Source: Candidatus Bathyarchaeia archaeon | Lineage (GTDB): Archaea > Thermoproteota > Bathyarchaeia > 40CM-2-53-6 | NCBI GenBank assembly: GCA_050013255.1 | Contig: JBEKFP010000003.1 | Span: 192,001 to 256,000 of the forward strand | Reading direction: 5' to 3' | Length of the DNA stretch: 64,000 nucleotides | Shown here: piece by piece, positions 1 through 10,279 of the stretch | How positions within the stretch are numbered: position 1 is the first letter of the stretch | Layout: each line of letters opens with the position of its first letter | Position numbers and translations under genes: made by a program | Notes under the pieces: generated by a model | What the model was told of the DNA's origin: nothing | Database searches by the model: none | Seen by the model: only the letters and a program-made list of their open reading frames with translations

Positions 1-880
1 GAAAACGCCTGCAACGATGCCCCATTTTCTTCTTGCGGGCCCCCCAGGAACTGGAAAAAGCACGGTTGCTCTTTGTGTGGCCCGGCAATTGATGGGTGAA
101 AGTTTTCGCAGCCTAGTCTTGGAGTTGAATGCCTCAGATGAGCGCGGAATCGGTGTTGTTCGCGAGCGGATCAAAGGGTTCTCTCAGATAATTCAGTCCA
201 CCCCGTCAGGGGTTCAATTCGGCCTTGTCATCCTTGACGAATGCGATGAGATGACCCGGGACGCCCAAACTGCGCTTAGGAGAATCATGGAGACGTCGTC
301 CAGAACCTGCCGCTTCATACTCATCTGTAACTATCAGAGTGGCATCATAGAGCCTATCCAAAGCCGATGTTCTGTCTTCCGGTTTAGGCGATTGGAGAAA
401 GCGGAAGCTGTCGAATATCTAACGAAGGTCTGCAAATCTGAAGGAGTAGACGCAGATTCAAGGGCTGTTGAACGCATTTTCGAAATCTCGGAGGGTGACC
501 TCCGAAGAGCGGTTAACTACCTTCAAGTCGCTGCGACGAGCACGAGGGGCGGAAAACTGGACTTAAAGGCACTCGACAAGACGGTGCCGGAGGCCCAGAG
601 CGAGCTTATCAGTGAAATGTTAAAGCTCGCCCTCCAAGGCGAATTCATGAAGTCACGAGACGTGATGTATGAGCTAATGGGTAAACACGGCGTCAGCGGA
701 AGAGAAATCATCCGTGGAGCGAACCGGGAGGTCAGCCGCATACCAGAAACTACGGCCGATAAGCAGGCTGAGATTGTGCGTGCCCTCGGTGAATGTGATT
801 TTAGGTTGACGCAGGGTGCGAATGAGGATATTCAACTCAGCGCCATGTTGGCCCAGTTGAGCCTGATTGGAAGAAAGTAG
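1..880 (+). CDS. rfcS: Replication factor C small subunit (5' end truncated by window edge; ORF track starts at 17)
   Basis: Walker A GPPGTGKS, LELNASDERGI, Walker B ILDECD, SRC motif; the usual N-terminal WxEKYRP is missing, so it probably lies upstream of the window. Confidence 0.93.
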   Translation, partial: KTPATMPHFLLAGPPGTGKSTVALCVARQLMGESFRSLVLELNASDERGIGVVRERIKGFSQIIQSTPSGVQFGLVILDECDEMTRDAQTALRRIMETSSRTCRFILICNYQSGIIEPIQSRCSVFRFRRLEKAEAVEYLTKVCKSEGVDADSRAVERIFEISEGDLRRAVNYLQVAATSTRGGKLDLKALDKTVPEAQSELISEMLKLALQGEFMKSRDVMYELMGKHGVSGREIIRGANREVSRIPETTADKQAEIVRALGECDFRLTQGANEDIQLSAMLAQLSLIGRK

Positions 881-2675
881 CGTGCAAGCGCTTCAAAGTG
901 TCGCTTGGACAGAGAAGTACCGCCCCCTGTCCACAGCTGCACTTCTGGGCAACGAGGAATCGGTTGAGGTATTCAAGGCCTGGATGAAGCAATGGACCTT
1001 GAAGAAAAAACCCACGAAGGCATGCCTCCTAGTCGGGCCGCCTGGTGTAGGAAAAACAACGCTCGCCAGAGCCGCCGGGAACGATTTCCAGTTCCGAGTC
1101 CTCGAAATGAATGCAAGCGACATCCGGACTGAGAAAGCCATCAAAAACTTCCTCGCTCCCGCAAGATCATCTGTAACGCTCGACAGCTTCACCGCCGACA
1201 GTCGAGGAAATATGATTCTCATGGACGAGGTGGATGGTGTTTTTGGGCGGGAAGACCGCGGAGGGTTGGGAGCGATTCTTTCAGTAATCAAACAGTCGCC
1301 CGTGCCAATTGTCCTGACGGCTAACAATGTCGACGACGAAAAGTTTGACGACCTCAAGAAAGCCTGCATTGTCGTCCCGCTTGTTGAAATTCGCCCTCGG
1401 CTACTGCTGCTGCTAATCAACCATATACTGGCCGAAGAGGGACGCTCAGTTCCTGAAAAGGCAAGGAGACGAATTGCCAGCGAAAGTCAAGGGGACATAA
1501 GATCCGCGATCAATGACATTCAAACCATCGCAACCAGCGGCGCCTTTAACTTGCGCCAGGAACGAACGAGGGAGCTAGATGAAAAAGGCACGTTAAGGGG
1601 GCTATTTGCTTCTCGAGGAGTAAGCGAAGCCAGACGCGCCCTCAACGAGACTGAGATTCCACTTTACCGCGACGAACTGCTCCTGCTGATTCACGACCTA
1701 CTACCGTACCTGTACACTACGCCCATCAAATTGGCGAAAGCCTACGACAGCCTCTCCCGCGCTGACATTGGATATGGCAGGGTTGGTGCGAGCCGTTCCC
1801 GTGGCATGATGCCGCCTCCATTCAACCAGCCGCGCAGGGACGCGGTCCCAGAATGGAACCTTCTGCCCGTCGCACTGAACGAATTGGCCTCGGTGGGAAC
1901 GGAACCAGTGGATAACGACACAGAGCATGCGATGGATGTAGCCCCACTGCTCTCGAGGAAAATTGTTGATCGTTACCAGTACCGACTCTGGGCGTTGGAC
2001 CACCTGTCCGGCAGAATAGCCAGGGCGTGCCACATGTCGAAACGCAAGGCGTTGCATGAAGTTGTTCCGTTCCTAGTTGCAATTTTCAGGTCTGATGGAG
2101 AGCGGGGTCGAGAAATTGCTCTGAGCTTGGAAGCAGAGGAGCGGGACATAGACTTCCTGGTTTCAGAATCTAAGACGCAAGCTGCTGTGAAGGGCCCTGG
2201 GGAGGTTCTAGATCCGACGGGCTTCAAGTTGCCGTACATGGGCAAGGACAAGTTCATCCAACTCATGCGAGCTGGCATCAGCTACGATAGGAGCGGCGGC
2301 AAGTTCGCTGTGCGTCGCCTCGACAACCTTGATACGGTTGAAGAAAGGGTGTCGGACATAATGGCGAGGCCTATCAAATTCCAGCGCCCTGAGCAAGCTG
2401 CAACAGAAGTTGAGGGCAAGGCCGTCAAGGAATGCTTTGTGGACGATCAGAAAATCACCTGCGACGAATGTGATTTCGTTGAGAATTGCCCAACACACAT
2501 AATCCCGTCCCTGAAGTTCTGTATCTGCGATCAAACGCTTTCGGACCCGACAGGTTATGAGAAGTACGTGGCAAAGAACGACATGGCTGCGAAACCGGTT
2601 AAAGCAGTTAAGCCGGTTAAGGCGGCCAAGACGGCAAAGGTGGCGAAGCGGGTTGTGGCCCGCAAAAAGGGTTAA
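867..2675 (+). CDS. rfcL: Replication factor C large subunit with long Cys-rich/Lys-rich C-terminal extension
   Basis: WTEKYRP, GPPGVGKTT, EMNASD, MDEVD, GDIRSAINDIQ; overlaps rfcS. Confidence 0.92.
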   Translation: MEESSVQALQSVAWTEKYRPLSTAALLGNEESVEVFKAWMKQWTLKKKPTKACLLVGPPGVGKTTLARAAGNDFQFRVLEMNASDIRTEKAIKNFLAPARSSVTLDSFTADSRGNMILMDEVDGVFGREDRGGLGAILSVIKQSPVPIVLTANNVDDEKFDDLKKACIVVPLVEIRPRLLLLLINHILAEEGRSVPEKARRRIASESQGDIRSAINDIQTIATSGAFNLRQERTRELDEKGTLRGLFASRGVSEARRALNETEIPLYRDELLLLIHDLLPYLYTTPIKLAKAYDSLSRADIGYGRVGASRSRGMMPPPFNQPRRDAVPEWNLLPVALNELASVGTEPVDNDTEHAMDVAPLLSRKIVDRYQYRLWALDHLSGRIARACHMSKRKALHEVVPFLVAIFRSDGERGREIALSLEAEERDIDFLVSESKTQAAVKGPGEVLDPTGFKLPYMGKDKFIQLMRAGISYDRSGGKFAVRRLDNLDTVEERVSDIMARPIKFQRPEQAATEVEGKAVKECFVDDQKITCDECDFVENCPTHIIPSLKFCICDQTLSDPTGYEKYVAKNDMAAKPVKAVKPVKAAKTAKVAKRVVARKKG

Positions 2676-2701
2676 CCTTGGAATGTTGATGGAAAATCCT
2701 G

Positions 2702-3235
2702 CTAATGTTCGTGAGCTATACTGATGATGTGCCCTAGTTCTGGAAGTATCAGTTTCTCCATGGCTGTTTGAACGGCATCCGGTGATCCTGGAAGGCAGAA
2801 GATCGCTTTTCCTTTGCTCGTCCCCGCGAATGCGCGGCTGAGAATAGCTGAAGAGCCGATACTTTCAAAGCTGATTTTCCTGAAGAGTTCTCCAAAACCG
2901 GGGATTATTCTGTCAACGAGCGGGGCGATGCTCTCTGGAGTCACGTCCCTCGGGGAGAGGCCCGTCCCACCAGTAATGATTACCGCGTCAACCTTGCTGG
3001 CTCGCAGGGCCTGTTTTGTTGCTTTGGTTATCATGGGTTTGGAGTCGGAGATCAGCTTGCGCCCTTCAATTCTGTTGCCTGCCCCCACTGCAAGACGCTG
3101 AATAATATCTCCAGAGGCATCATCGGGCTCTTGACCTGCCTTGAGTTGATTGAACTTTGACGTGCTGCAGGTTATGATGTAGATTGCGACCGACCTTGGC
3201 GCCGACGCCTTGTGGAGTTCCGGAACTTTGGCCAT
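2702..3235 (-). CDS. moaB: Molybdenum cofactor biosynthesis protein MoaB/MogA
   Basis: TGGTGLSPRDVTPE, IPGFGELFR, LPGSP motifs; adjacent to moaC. Confidence 0.92.
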   Translation of the reverse strand: MAKVPELHKASAPRSVAIYIITCSTSKFNQLKAGQEPDDASGDIIQRLAVGAGNRIEGRKLISDSKPMITKATKQALRASKVDAVIITGGTGLSPRDVTPESIAPLVDRIIPGFGELFRKISFESIGSSAILSRAFAGTSKGKAIFCLPGSPDAVQTAMEKLILPELGHIISIAHEH

Positions 3236-3679
3236 TTATCTTCGCTTAATTTTCTTTATCACTCTGATGTTCTCGATGGCAGTGTTTGGGTATTGGCCTT
3301 TCGCGTCCTTCTCGTACTGCTTTACCATATCCCAAACCGTAAGAAGGTAAGTTGCAGCAGCGGTTAGCGCCTCCATCTCAACCCCAGTCTTAGCCTGCCC
3401 CTTCACATATGATTCCACCTTCAACGCGTTTCCAACATAGGAGTGCTCGGTACGCACTGTTGTTATCGGAATCGAGTGGCAGAAAGGAAGCATCTGGGGC
3501 GTACTCTTCGCTGCCATGATTGCCGCCACCTCCGCCGCAGCAATGGCATCCCCCTTCCCAATCCTACCCGACCTAAGCCGCGCGATCGTGCCGGGCTTCA
3601 ACCTAATCTCGCCCACCGCCGTAGCTTCCCTCATAACCACTTCCTTTGGCGAGATGTCAACCATCGAAAAACGGCGCAT
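3236..3679 (-). CDS. moaC: Cyclic pyranopterin monophosphate synthase
   Basis: MVDIS.K, P.CH.IP, TGVEMEAL, WDMVK. Confidence 0.95.
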   Translation of the reverse strand: MRRFSMVDISPKEVVMREATAVGEIRLKPGTIARLRSGRIGKGDAIAAAEVAAIMAAKSTPQMLPFCHSIPITTVRTEHSYVGNALKVESYVKGQAKTGVEMEALTAAATYLLTVWDMVKQYEKDAKGQYPNTAIENIRVIKKIKRR

Positions 3680-3760
3680 TCACCATCAACCCTCTTGCCC
3701 CACGTTAACGCCGCGCTAGCAAATTAGCTATTATGCCCGGGGGGGATGGTACGAGCCGGT

Positions 3761-5011
3761 TTACTTTCGCTGTACGCGTTTCTTCCGACTTGTGGTTAGT
3801 GCGGCCTCTAGTTGTTCGCGCATAGTTGTGGCTGGTATGTTTTGTAGGCCGAGTAGGGTTGTTTTGCCGCGTACGCCTTCGCCTGATTTTGAGGCTGTTA
3901 TTACGCCAATGGCGCCTAGGCCGCGGGCGTACTTCCAGATCTGGGTATGCTTTCTGGGTTTGTCATCGTACTCTTCACAAACAGCCTTGTACTCGCGTTC
4001 AACAACGCCTATAGTAGCGTAGGCTTCCTGTGATTCCCCTAGAACCCTTGCTAAGGCTAGCAGCATGTATTTTTCGTGGGATGATAGGGCGGCGATGTAT
4101 TCGCCCCTGAGCATCGGGTAAACGCTTCCGGCAGCCTTCCGCACATGGTCGGTTAGAATGTGCTTTGCACTTTCAGAGTCAGCGTATTTTCCGGCGCGCC
4201 AGAGTAGTTCGATTGAGTACCTGGCGTCACCGCTCTGCCCTCCTATGTCGGCGACGAGTTGAAGCGCCTCGTCGGCCACAACGTTCTCTTTGAAAGCTAA
4301 ACCAACGCGGTCTTTGAGAATGTCAATTAGTTGGCGGGAATTGTACTTGTCGAGTTTAACGATATTCCGTTGCAGGGTGTCGATGGTGCTCTTGTCGAGT
4401 TTTTGCAGGTATTCAATCTCGCGGAGTATGAAGATGAGTGAGAGCCGTATCGGTTTGCCAACCCTTTCCTCTTGGATGCGGGTTAGGTTGTAGATGGGCG
4501 TGGATTCTTCCACTCTGATTAGGTGTTCAAGTTCGTCGAGTGCGAGTATGAGGTGTATGTTCTTGTCGTCGAGCATGTCCATGAGGGTGTGGAGAAGTTC
4601 CTCGGGCGCGAAACCCCGCTTCGGAAATTCAGGTTCGAACTGAGTTAGGACTCGTTTTAGAATCATGAAGAGGCTGCCTTTCGCTTCGCGGCAGTTCACG
4701 TGAACGTAGTGAAGGTTGACCTTGCGGTTTCTCGCAGCCTTAACAAGGTCTGTCCCGAAACGTTGGGCGAGTACCGTCTTGCCGGTTCCCACGTCGCCCG
4801 TGATCAGGACGCGTTGGCTTGTGGAGAAGGGGCTGTCGAGCGTGAAGCGGAAGAGTTGGGTGAGAAAACGCATTTGCTCGTCGCGGTGGGGAAGCTTACG
4901 GGGCATGTATTCCAATGAGAGGGGCGTTTCGTCTTTGAAGACTGTGGGCCTTTCCAAAGTCTCCTTAACAATATCTGAAGACAATTGAACGAGAGCCCCT
5001 ACTCTCGACAT
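3761..5011 (-). CDS. cdc6: Orc1/Cdc6 replication initiator
   Basis: Y.P..LPHR, GDVGTGKT, VNC, LDELE, GDAR, C-terminal winged helix. Confidence 0.93.
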   Translation of the reverse strand: MSRVGALVQLSSDIVKETLERPTVFKDETPLSLEYMPRKLPHRDEQMRFLTQLFRFTLDSPFSTSQRVLITGDVGTGKTVLAQRFGTDLVKAARNRKVNLHYVHVNCREAKGSLFMILKRVLTQFEPEFPKRGFAPEELLHTLMDMLDDKNIHLILALDELEHLIRVEESTPIYNLTRIQEERVGKPIRLSLIFILREIEYLQKLDKSTIDTLQRNIVKLDKYNSRQLIDILKDRVGLAFKENVVADEALQLVADIGGQSGDARYSIELLWRAGKYADSESAKHILTDHVRKAAGSVYPMLRGEYIAALSSHEKYMLLALARVLGESQEAYATIGVVEREYKAVCEEYDDKPRKHTQIWKYARGLGAIGVITASKSGEGVRGKTTLLGLQNIPATTMREQLEAALTTSRKKRVQRK

Positions 5012-5098
5012 GGCTTAACCTACCCCCATCTTATCTGCTTTTGTTCCCCAACACGATAAAAGCACGAGAGCCGGGTGAAACTGATTGACTACAATTCA

Positions 5099-6121
5099 TC
5101 ATTTCGTTCGGTACGATTCGATGACCCTATAGAGTTCATCCCGCTCGGACGCGCCAATCTCCCGCGCCTTCCCGTTCAGCGCAACCAGCTTCCGTCCCCG
5201 CCTGCGCTGTGTCATCATGCCTATGATGGAAGCCTGAATCCGATGCGCCCTCAAGCGACGTAAGATCAATGTGCTCTTTCGTTTATCGGCGGCTATGAGC
5301 AGACAACCCGAGCTCATCAGCCGCAACGGGTCCACCTTCAACGCGGAGCATATTTCCTTGGTTTCGGAACGAATTGTGATGCGTGACTCATGAATCTGGA
5401 AACCGGCGCCGGAGGCTTCAGCCAGTTCCCAGACTCCCTGGAGCAATCCGCCTTCGGTTGGGTCGTGCATGGCTTTGACTCCTCCTACTTGCACAGCGAG
5501 CAAAGCGTCATTCACGACGCTGATTAGGCTCCTTAGGCTTCTGGCACGCCTGAGTAGTTTTCCACCTATCTTCGGCCTTAGTTTGTGAGCGAAATCCGAG
5601 GCTAGGACAGCGGTTCCTTCGATGCCAACTGTCTTTGTCATGATAAGGTGATCTCCGGGCTGCGCACCGTCGGAAGTAACGAATCGCTTTCTTGGGACGA
5701 CGCCCATCATGTATCCAACTACGATGGGGCGCTTCAGCCCAGGGGTTACCTCGGTATGTCCTCCCACAACGGCAACGCCAACCTGCTTCGCAGCCTTATC
5801 GATCTGCTTCATGATTGCGTTTACCAATCTAACGTTCGACCTTTCAGGTAGGAGGAGGTCGCAGAGGAACCATCTTGGTTTCGCGGCCCTGCAGGCCACG
5901 TCATTGGCGTTTATGTGCACAGCGAGCCATCCGATATCAGACGCTGTACCTGTGACCGGATCCGTTGTTAGGACGAGTACATTCTTGCCCAGCGAAACTA
6001 GCGCGGCGTCCTCGCCTACGGAGGAGCCCATGATTACTGCCCGGTCTTTGATGCCCTTGTAGCGAAACACGCTACGGATTAGGACCTGGGTTGGGATTTT
6101 CCCAGTACGGAAAGGCGGCAT
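5099..6121 (-). CDS. AIR synthase (PurM/HypE)-like protein
   Basis: GEDAA, TTDP, NANDVA, GGHTE, MHDPTEGG. Confidence 0.85.
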   Translation of the reverse strand: MPPFRTGKIPTQVLIRSVFRYKGIKDRAVIMGSSVGEDAALVSLGKNVLVLTTDPVTGTASDIGWLAVHINANDVACRAAKPRWFLCDLLLPERSNVRLVNAIMKQIDKAAKQVGVAVVGGHTEVTPGLKRPIVVGYMMGVVPRKRFVTSDGAQPGDHLIMTKTVGIEGTAVLASDFAHKLRPKIGGKLLRRARSLRSLISVVNDALLAVQVGGVKAMHDPTEGGLLQGVWELAEASGAGFQIHESRITIRSETKEICSALKVDPLRLMSSGCLLIAADKRKSTLILRRLRAHRIQASIIGMMTQRRRGRKLVALNGKAREIGASERDELYRVIESYRTK

Positions 6122-6191
6122 TGCGCATCAGGCTCCAAACGTCGTGTCATGCTTTAAGTAATCACCTTGAATAAGTGTGCCCCGATGATAG

Positions 6192-6533
6192 TTGATTAAG
6201 TCGATAATTGATGTGGCCGTTGTTGTATCCGACGAAAGCAAGTCGGCTGAATGGTACAAAGAAAAACTCGGCCTGGAAATACGTGATAAGCAAGACCACT
6301 GGGTCACGGTGGCCCCAAAGGGATCCGACGTGGTCCTTCATCTATGCAAGACAACGCCGCTTGAGCAGGGCAACACAGGCATCGCTTTTCGTGCAGATGA
6401 CTTGGATAAGGCCTACAAGGAAATGAGCAGCAAAGGCGTCGAGTTCACCGTCAAGCCGACGAAGGAAGAATGGGGCTACTACGCAATGTTCAAGGATCCG
6501 GACGGAAACGAATTCTGGCTTTTTGCAGAGTAA
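6192..6533 (+). CDS. VOC/glyoxalase family protein
   Basis: WY.EKLG and FKDPDGNE motifs, 113 aa. Confidence 0.88.
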   Translation: MIKSIIDVAVVVSDESKSAEWYKEKLGLEIRDKQDHWVTVAPKGSDVVLHLCKTTPLEQGNTGIAFRADDLDKAYKEMSSKGVEFTVKPTKEEWGYYAMFKDPDGNEFWLFAE

Positions 6534-6820
6534 ACAGTACCAAGAAGAAACTACTCTAAAGACGTCTGCACGCTTCGAAATGGTTCATGGACTTCCGGGC
6601 GTTCGTCACATGAGTTGCTAGTGCGCGCACTGGTCCGGCAAGTAAGAGAAAGATCGCTCAGCCGCGGTTGCCGAAGTGCAAGATGGATTTCCCATATGCA
6701 TTTCCACATGATCCTCCATAGGCCTAGATTTCGATTTCTTAACCGGTAAAATTGAGGTGTATGAGTCAAGCCGTTTTTCGTCCTTATATGGCCCGCTCTA
6801 CCTGCATTGTCTAATCGTCG

Positions 6821-7276
6821 GTGGGTACTAGTTCTTTGGAGGAAAACCCTCTGCGCGAGCTTAGAAACCGCAACTCGGTTGGATTAGGTTCAACCTTAAC
6901 TTATGCCGGTGCAAGGACTATTGAAGCTTTGCTCGGTGATTGCATAGATCACGTTCTCTGCGAGGTCCTTGGCATCAAAGCCAAGGAAGCCATTTACGAT
7001 TACATGGAAAGAAATTACGCGGTCGCCAGAGAAGACATTCCTACGAATATGGGTAATTTCTTCACACTCACTGAGGAAGCCTTTGGGAGCGGGAGCAGGA
7101 CAATTGCCCGATGCATTGTGAAGCAGATGTGGCAGGAATTGGGATGGACCTTCACCGACATGCCTGGTCTTGAGTTCTGGGATTACTTGGAGATTGCCCG
7201 GGCTAGAATGGCGAGGGAAGTAGTCGGAATAACAAAGGTCAGCTTGACGACAAGTGGGAGTTTATCGAGTCAATAG
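6821..7276 (+). CDS. Hypothetical protein (DUF3227-like)
   Basis: IDxVL..VLG...KEAIY.Y...FG.G...I pattern resembles a small archaeal family; recalled, not searched. Confidence 0.5.
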   Translation: MGTSSLEENPLRELRNRNSVGLGSTLTYAGARTIEALLGDCIDHVLCEVLGIKAKEAIYDYMERNYAVAREDIPTNMGNFFTLTEEAFGSGSRTIARCIVKQMWQELGWTFTDMPGLEFWDYLEIARARMAREVVGITKVSLTTSGSLSSQ

Positions 7277-7969
7277 ACTGTAGAGCAACCACCCAAATAT
7301 GCAAGTCATACCGAGCAACGCAGCAAGCCATAGTCCAAAGAGCAGGGATGACGAAGATGTCGCCCTGAAGCTCAAGATCGCCCCCTCTGCATCGTCCATT
7401 TCAAGCTCAAAATGCGTGGATCGTGCAACGAGGAAAGGTAGGTACGTGCCGCGCACTTTCCACCTACTGCTCGCTGAGTGATATGTGATCTCATTAATGG
7501 AAACCCGAGAGGATTTGCTCACTGAGGTAATGTAATCTCGGGCGATACGTCCAGCCTCAATTACTGATTTCACCGCGCTAAGATTCTTGGCTGCAGTTTC
7601 AGATTTCTTCATAAGGCCAGGTAGTTGGTCGCTCACTAGAATCATTGCGTCGCCTAGGCTTGAGGTTTCCGTGCTGACTGCCAGCAGTTTATCTTCGCTG
7701 ATATTCGTCAGAATTAGGCCCAAGTCACCGTAGAGAATTCCGACAAGCCCTAGAGATTCCTGGGTTTTGCGGAATTGTGCTGCTGCTCCCGTGATCAGCC
7801 AAAGGCCGAGGGAAGCACTTTCAGTCATTTCGTCGATGATGTTTGATAGTTTCTCAGCGTTGTCTCTAGCTGCCTCTTCTACCACAGCGAAGCGGCCTGC
7901 TCTTTCTTCTAAGATGAACGCCTCGTCTATCCCCTGATGAAGCGCCAGAATGTCCTGGGTCAGCGTCAT
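7262..7969 (-). CDS. Hypothetical protein with C-terminal membrane anchor
   Basis: 235-aa ORF, hydrophobic C-terminus. Confidence 0.55.
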   Translation of the reverse strand: MTLTQDILALHQGIDEAFILEERAGRFAVVEEAARDNAEKLSNIIDEMTESASLGLWLITGAAAQFRKTQESLGLVGILYGDLGLILTNISEDKLLAVSTETSSLGDAMILVSDQLPGLMKKSETAAKNLSAVKSVIEAGRIARDYITSVSKSSRVSINEITYHSASSRWKVRGTYLPFLVARSTHFELEMDDAEGAILSFRATSSSSLLFGLWLAALLGMTCIFGWLLYSLLTR

Positions 7970-8120
7970 CGCTAAAGGCCCGTTTCTACCTAGAAGAACG
8001 ACCTTCGTGGAGATATTACGTTTTGGACCAGCCCACGTCTTTCCAATTCCAATGTCAGGCTAAATACCGCATTCTCCAGTTGTTTCCAGAGTATACCAAC
8101 AAGAAAGCAGCCTGATGCAG

Positions 8121-8399
8121 CCTTAGTCAAGGCTCCTATTCTAGGGTGTATTACACCCCTTCCTTCATTTCGCCAAATCCTGCCTTGAAACGTGCGAGAA
8201 GAACGATCTCTCAGACACCATACATACGGCATACGAGGGAATGGCAAGAGCACATGCGATTGGCAGAGACTACAAATCTGCGCGAGAATACGTCGCCAAA
8301 GCACGCGAGCAACTCGCCCGCCTAACTGGGCTAGACAAAGAGGACACAAAAATCTACTCAGACCAAATTCATGAAAGTGAAGAGTTGATAGACAGATAG
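8121..8399 (+). pseudogene. 3' fragment of a TPR-like helical protein (no start codon)
   Basis: Manually translated frame reads ...LHFAKSCLETCEKNDLSDTIHTAYEGMARAHAIGRDYKSAREYVAKAREQL... to TAG at 8397-8399; resembles the C-terminus of a common hypothetical family. Confidence 0.4.
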
Positions 8400-8446
8400 G
8401 CAGAGCGCTGATGCTCCGAAGTGCCAGTGAAGAAACATCCGCTCGT

Positions 8447-10279
8447 TCAAGTTGATGCGAAGGCCCTCGCCGAGTTGAAAATGACGAAGAGGTCTGCGAT
8501 CTCATGAATTGTTGCGCCCATAATTGGATTGATGAGCCCGGCCGCCGATAAAGCAACCCCGATTGCGTTTGCCGAGAGCCCAATTGCAATGCTTTGTTTA
8601 GCGATTCGGAGCATTCTTCTGCTGAGGCTGATAGCCGACGGGACTTTTTCTAGGTCGTCGGTCATTATTGTGAAATCGGCCGTTTCGATAGCTATGTCGG
8701 AACCCGCAGCGCCCATTGCTATCCCTACATCTGCCGAGGCTAGTGCGGGAGCATCATTTATCCCGTCGCCCACCATTGCGACCCGATAACCCGCTTTCTT
8801 CAATTCGGTTATGTGCATGGCTTTTTCTTCCGGCAGAACCTCAGCGAAGACATCCGCGATGCCGACCTTCTTCCCGATTTTTGCGCCCGTTCTCTCCGTA
8901 TCCCCTGTAAGCATCACGACCTTGCTGATTCCCAGTTGCTCTAGTTTTCTGATCGACTCACGGGCGTTCGGTTTCAACGTATCCCCAAGGACAATTGCAC
9001 CGCATATTTTCTCGTTACGCGCCATGAAGATCGTGGTATCATCAAATTCTGATAAGGAAGCTTTCGTTTGGAGTGGAACGTGGATTAGTTGGCTTGACAT
9101 GAATTTCGCATTTCCGACGAGGACCCTAGCACCTTCGAATTCAGCCATCACTCCTCCTCCAGGCAACTCTCTGAAATCGTCTGGATATGGAATCGTCAGG
9201 TCGTGTTCGTCGGCAAAGCGTTGCACAGCCCCGGCGATAGGGTGCGTAGAGAAACGCTCCGCAATAGCAGCATCCGTTATCACATCTGCGTCGCTGTATC
9301 CATTGAACCCCTTCACAGAGGCGACTCTAAGTTTTCCGAATGTCAAAGTGCCAGTCTTGTCAAAGACAACCGCATTAACAGTCCCGGCTAACTCTAGTGC
9401 GTCTCCGCCCCGAACTAGGATTCCAGATTTCGCAGCTCTTCCAATTGTGGATACAACGGCTACGGGCGTTGCCAAGAGGAGTGGACAAGGGCTAGCTGTT
9501 AGAAGAATCGTCACTGACCTTACCACTTGGCCAGTGAATACGTAGACAATTATTGCCAGCCCGATGATTAGCGGCGTAAACCATTTCGCGTAACGGTCTG
9601 CGACTCGCTGGATTCTTGCCTTGCTACTTTGAGCTTGACGAACGAGTCTGATGATGTGTGCAAATTTCGTGTCCTCTCCGACCCTAGTGGCCCTGACGTA
9701 AAGAGCCCCATTCTGGCATATCGTCCCACTGAGGACGCTACTGCCGAATGACTTTTCCACCGGCAGAGATTCCCCCGTGATAGGTGATTGGTCTACCGCC
9801 GCGTTTCCGCCGACCACTTCGCCATCGACGGTGATTCTGTCGCCCGGTTTGATTACTAGGACGTCGCCAGGTTTGAGCTGTTCGACTTGTACTGTTTCAA
9901 CTTTCCCTGCCCGGAGGACGTTTGCTGTCTTTGGGCGTATTTTGACGAGGGCGTCGATTGCTCGTGATGCCCGGCCTGCGGCGTATTCTTCTATGGCTTG
10001 GCCACCGAGAAGCATTACGGCAACAATTGCGGCTGGGAGAAACTCGTGGATGGCTACGGCTGATATTACCGCGATGCTGGCCAACAGGTCCACGCTAAGG
10101 TTTCCGTGCACCAATTCGGCGAGTGCCCCGTACAGCATAATCACACCGCCTACAATTGCGACTGTCAAGGCCACAATGTCACTAAGTTGTTCCGAAACAA
10201 CGGCCAACAAAAGCCAGCTAATTACCACTAGGACTCCGAGCACCACGGGGAAAATGACACGTGTGCTCGGACGGGCCAT
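8447..10279 (-). CDS. Heavy-metal translocating P1B-type ATPase
   Basis: TGES, SPCP, DKTGT, HP, TGD, GDGINDAP; no N-terminal HMA domain. Confidence 0.93.
   Translation of the reverse strand: MARPSTRVIFPVVLGVLVVISWLLLAVVSEQLSDIVALTVAIVGGVIMLYGALAELVHGNLSVDLLASIAVISAVAIHEFLPAAIVAVMLLGGQAIEEYAAGRASRAIDALVKIRPKTANVLRAGKVETVQVEQLKPGDVLVIKPGDRITVDGEVVGGNAAVDQSPITGESLPVEKSFGSSVLSGTICQNGALYVRATRVGEDTKFAHIIRLVRQAQSSKARIQRVADRYAKWFTPLIIGLAIIVYVFTGQVVRSVTILLTASPCPLLLATPVAVVSTIGRAAKSGILVRGGDALELAGTVNAVVFDKTGTLTFGKLRVASVKGFNGYSDADVITDAAIAERFSTHPIAGAVQRFADEHDLTIPYPDDFRELPGGGVMAEFEGARVLVGNAKFMSSQLIHVPLQTKASLSEFDDTTIFMARNEKICGAIVLGDTLKPNARESIRKLEQLGISKVVMLTGDTERTGAKIGKKVGIADVFAEVLPEEKAMHITELKKAGYRVAMVGDGINDAPALASADVGIAMGAAGSDIAIETADFTIMTDDLEKVPSAISLSRRMLRIAKQSIAIGLSANAIGVALSAAGLINPIMGATIHEIADLFVIFNSARAFAST

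Noticed and set aside
1784-1790. TGGTGCG inside rfcL
   Set aside because: Coding context with no flanking inverted ends; chance 7-mer.
3680-5098. Replication origin next to cdc6
   Set aside because: Flanking intergenic gaps are under 90 bp and show no repeated ORB boxes or AT-rich unwinding element.
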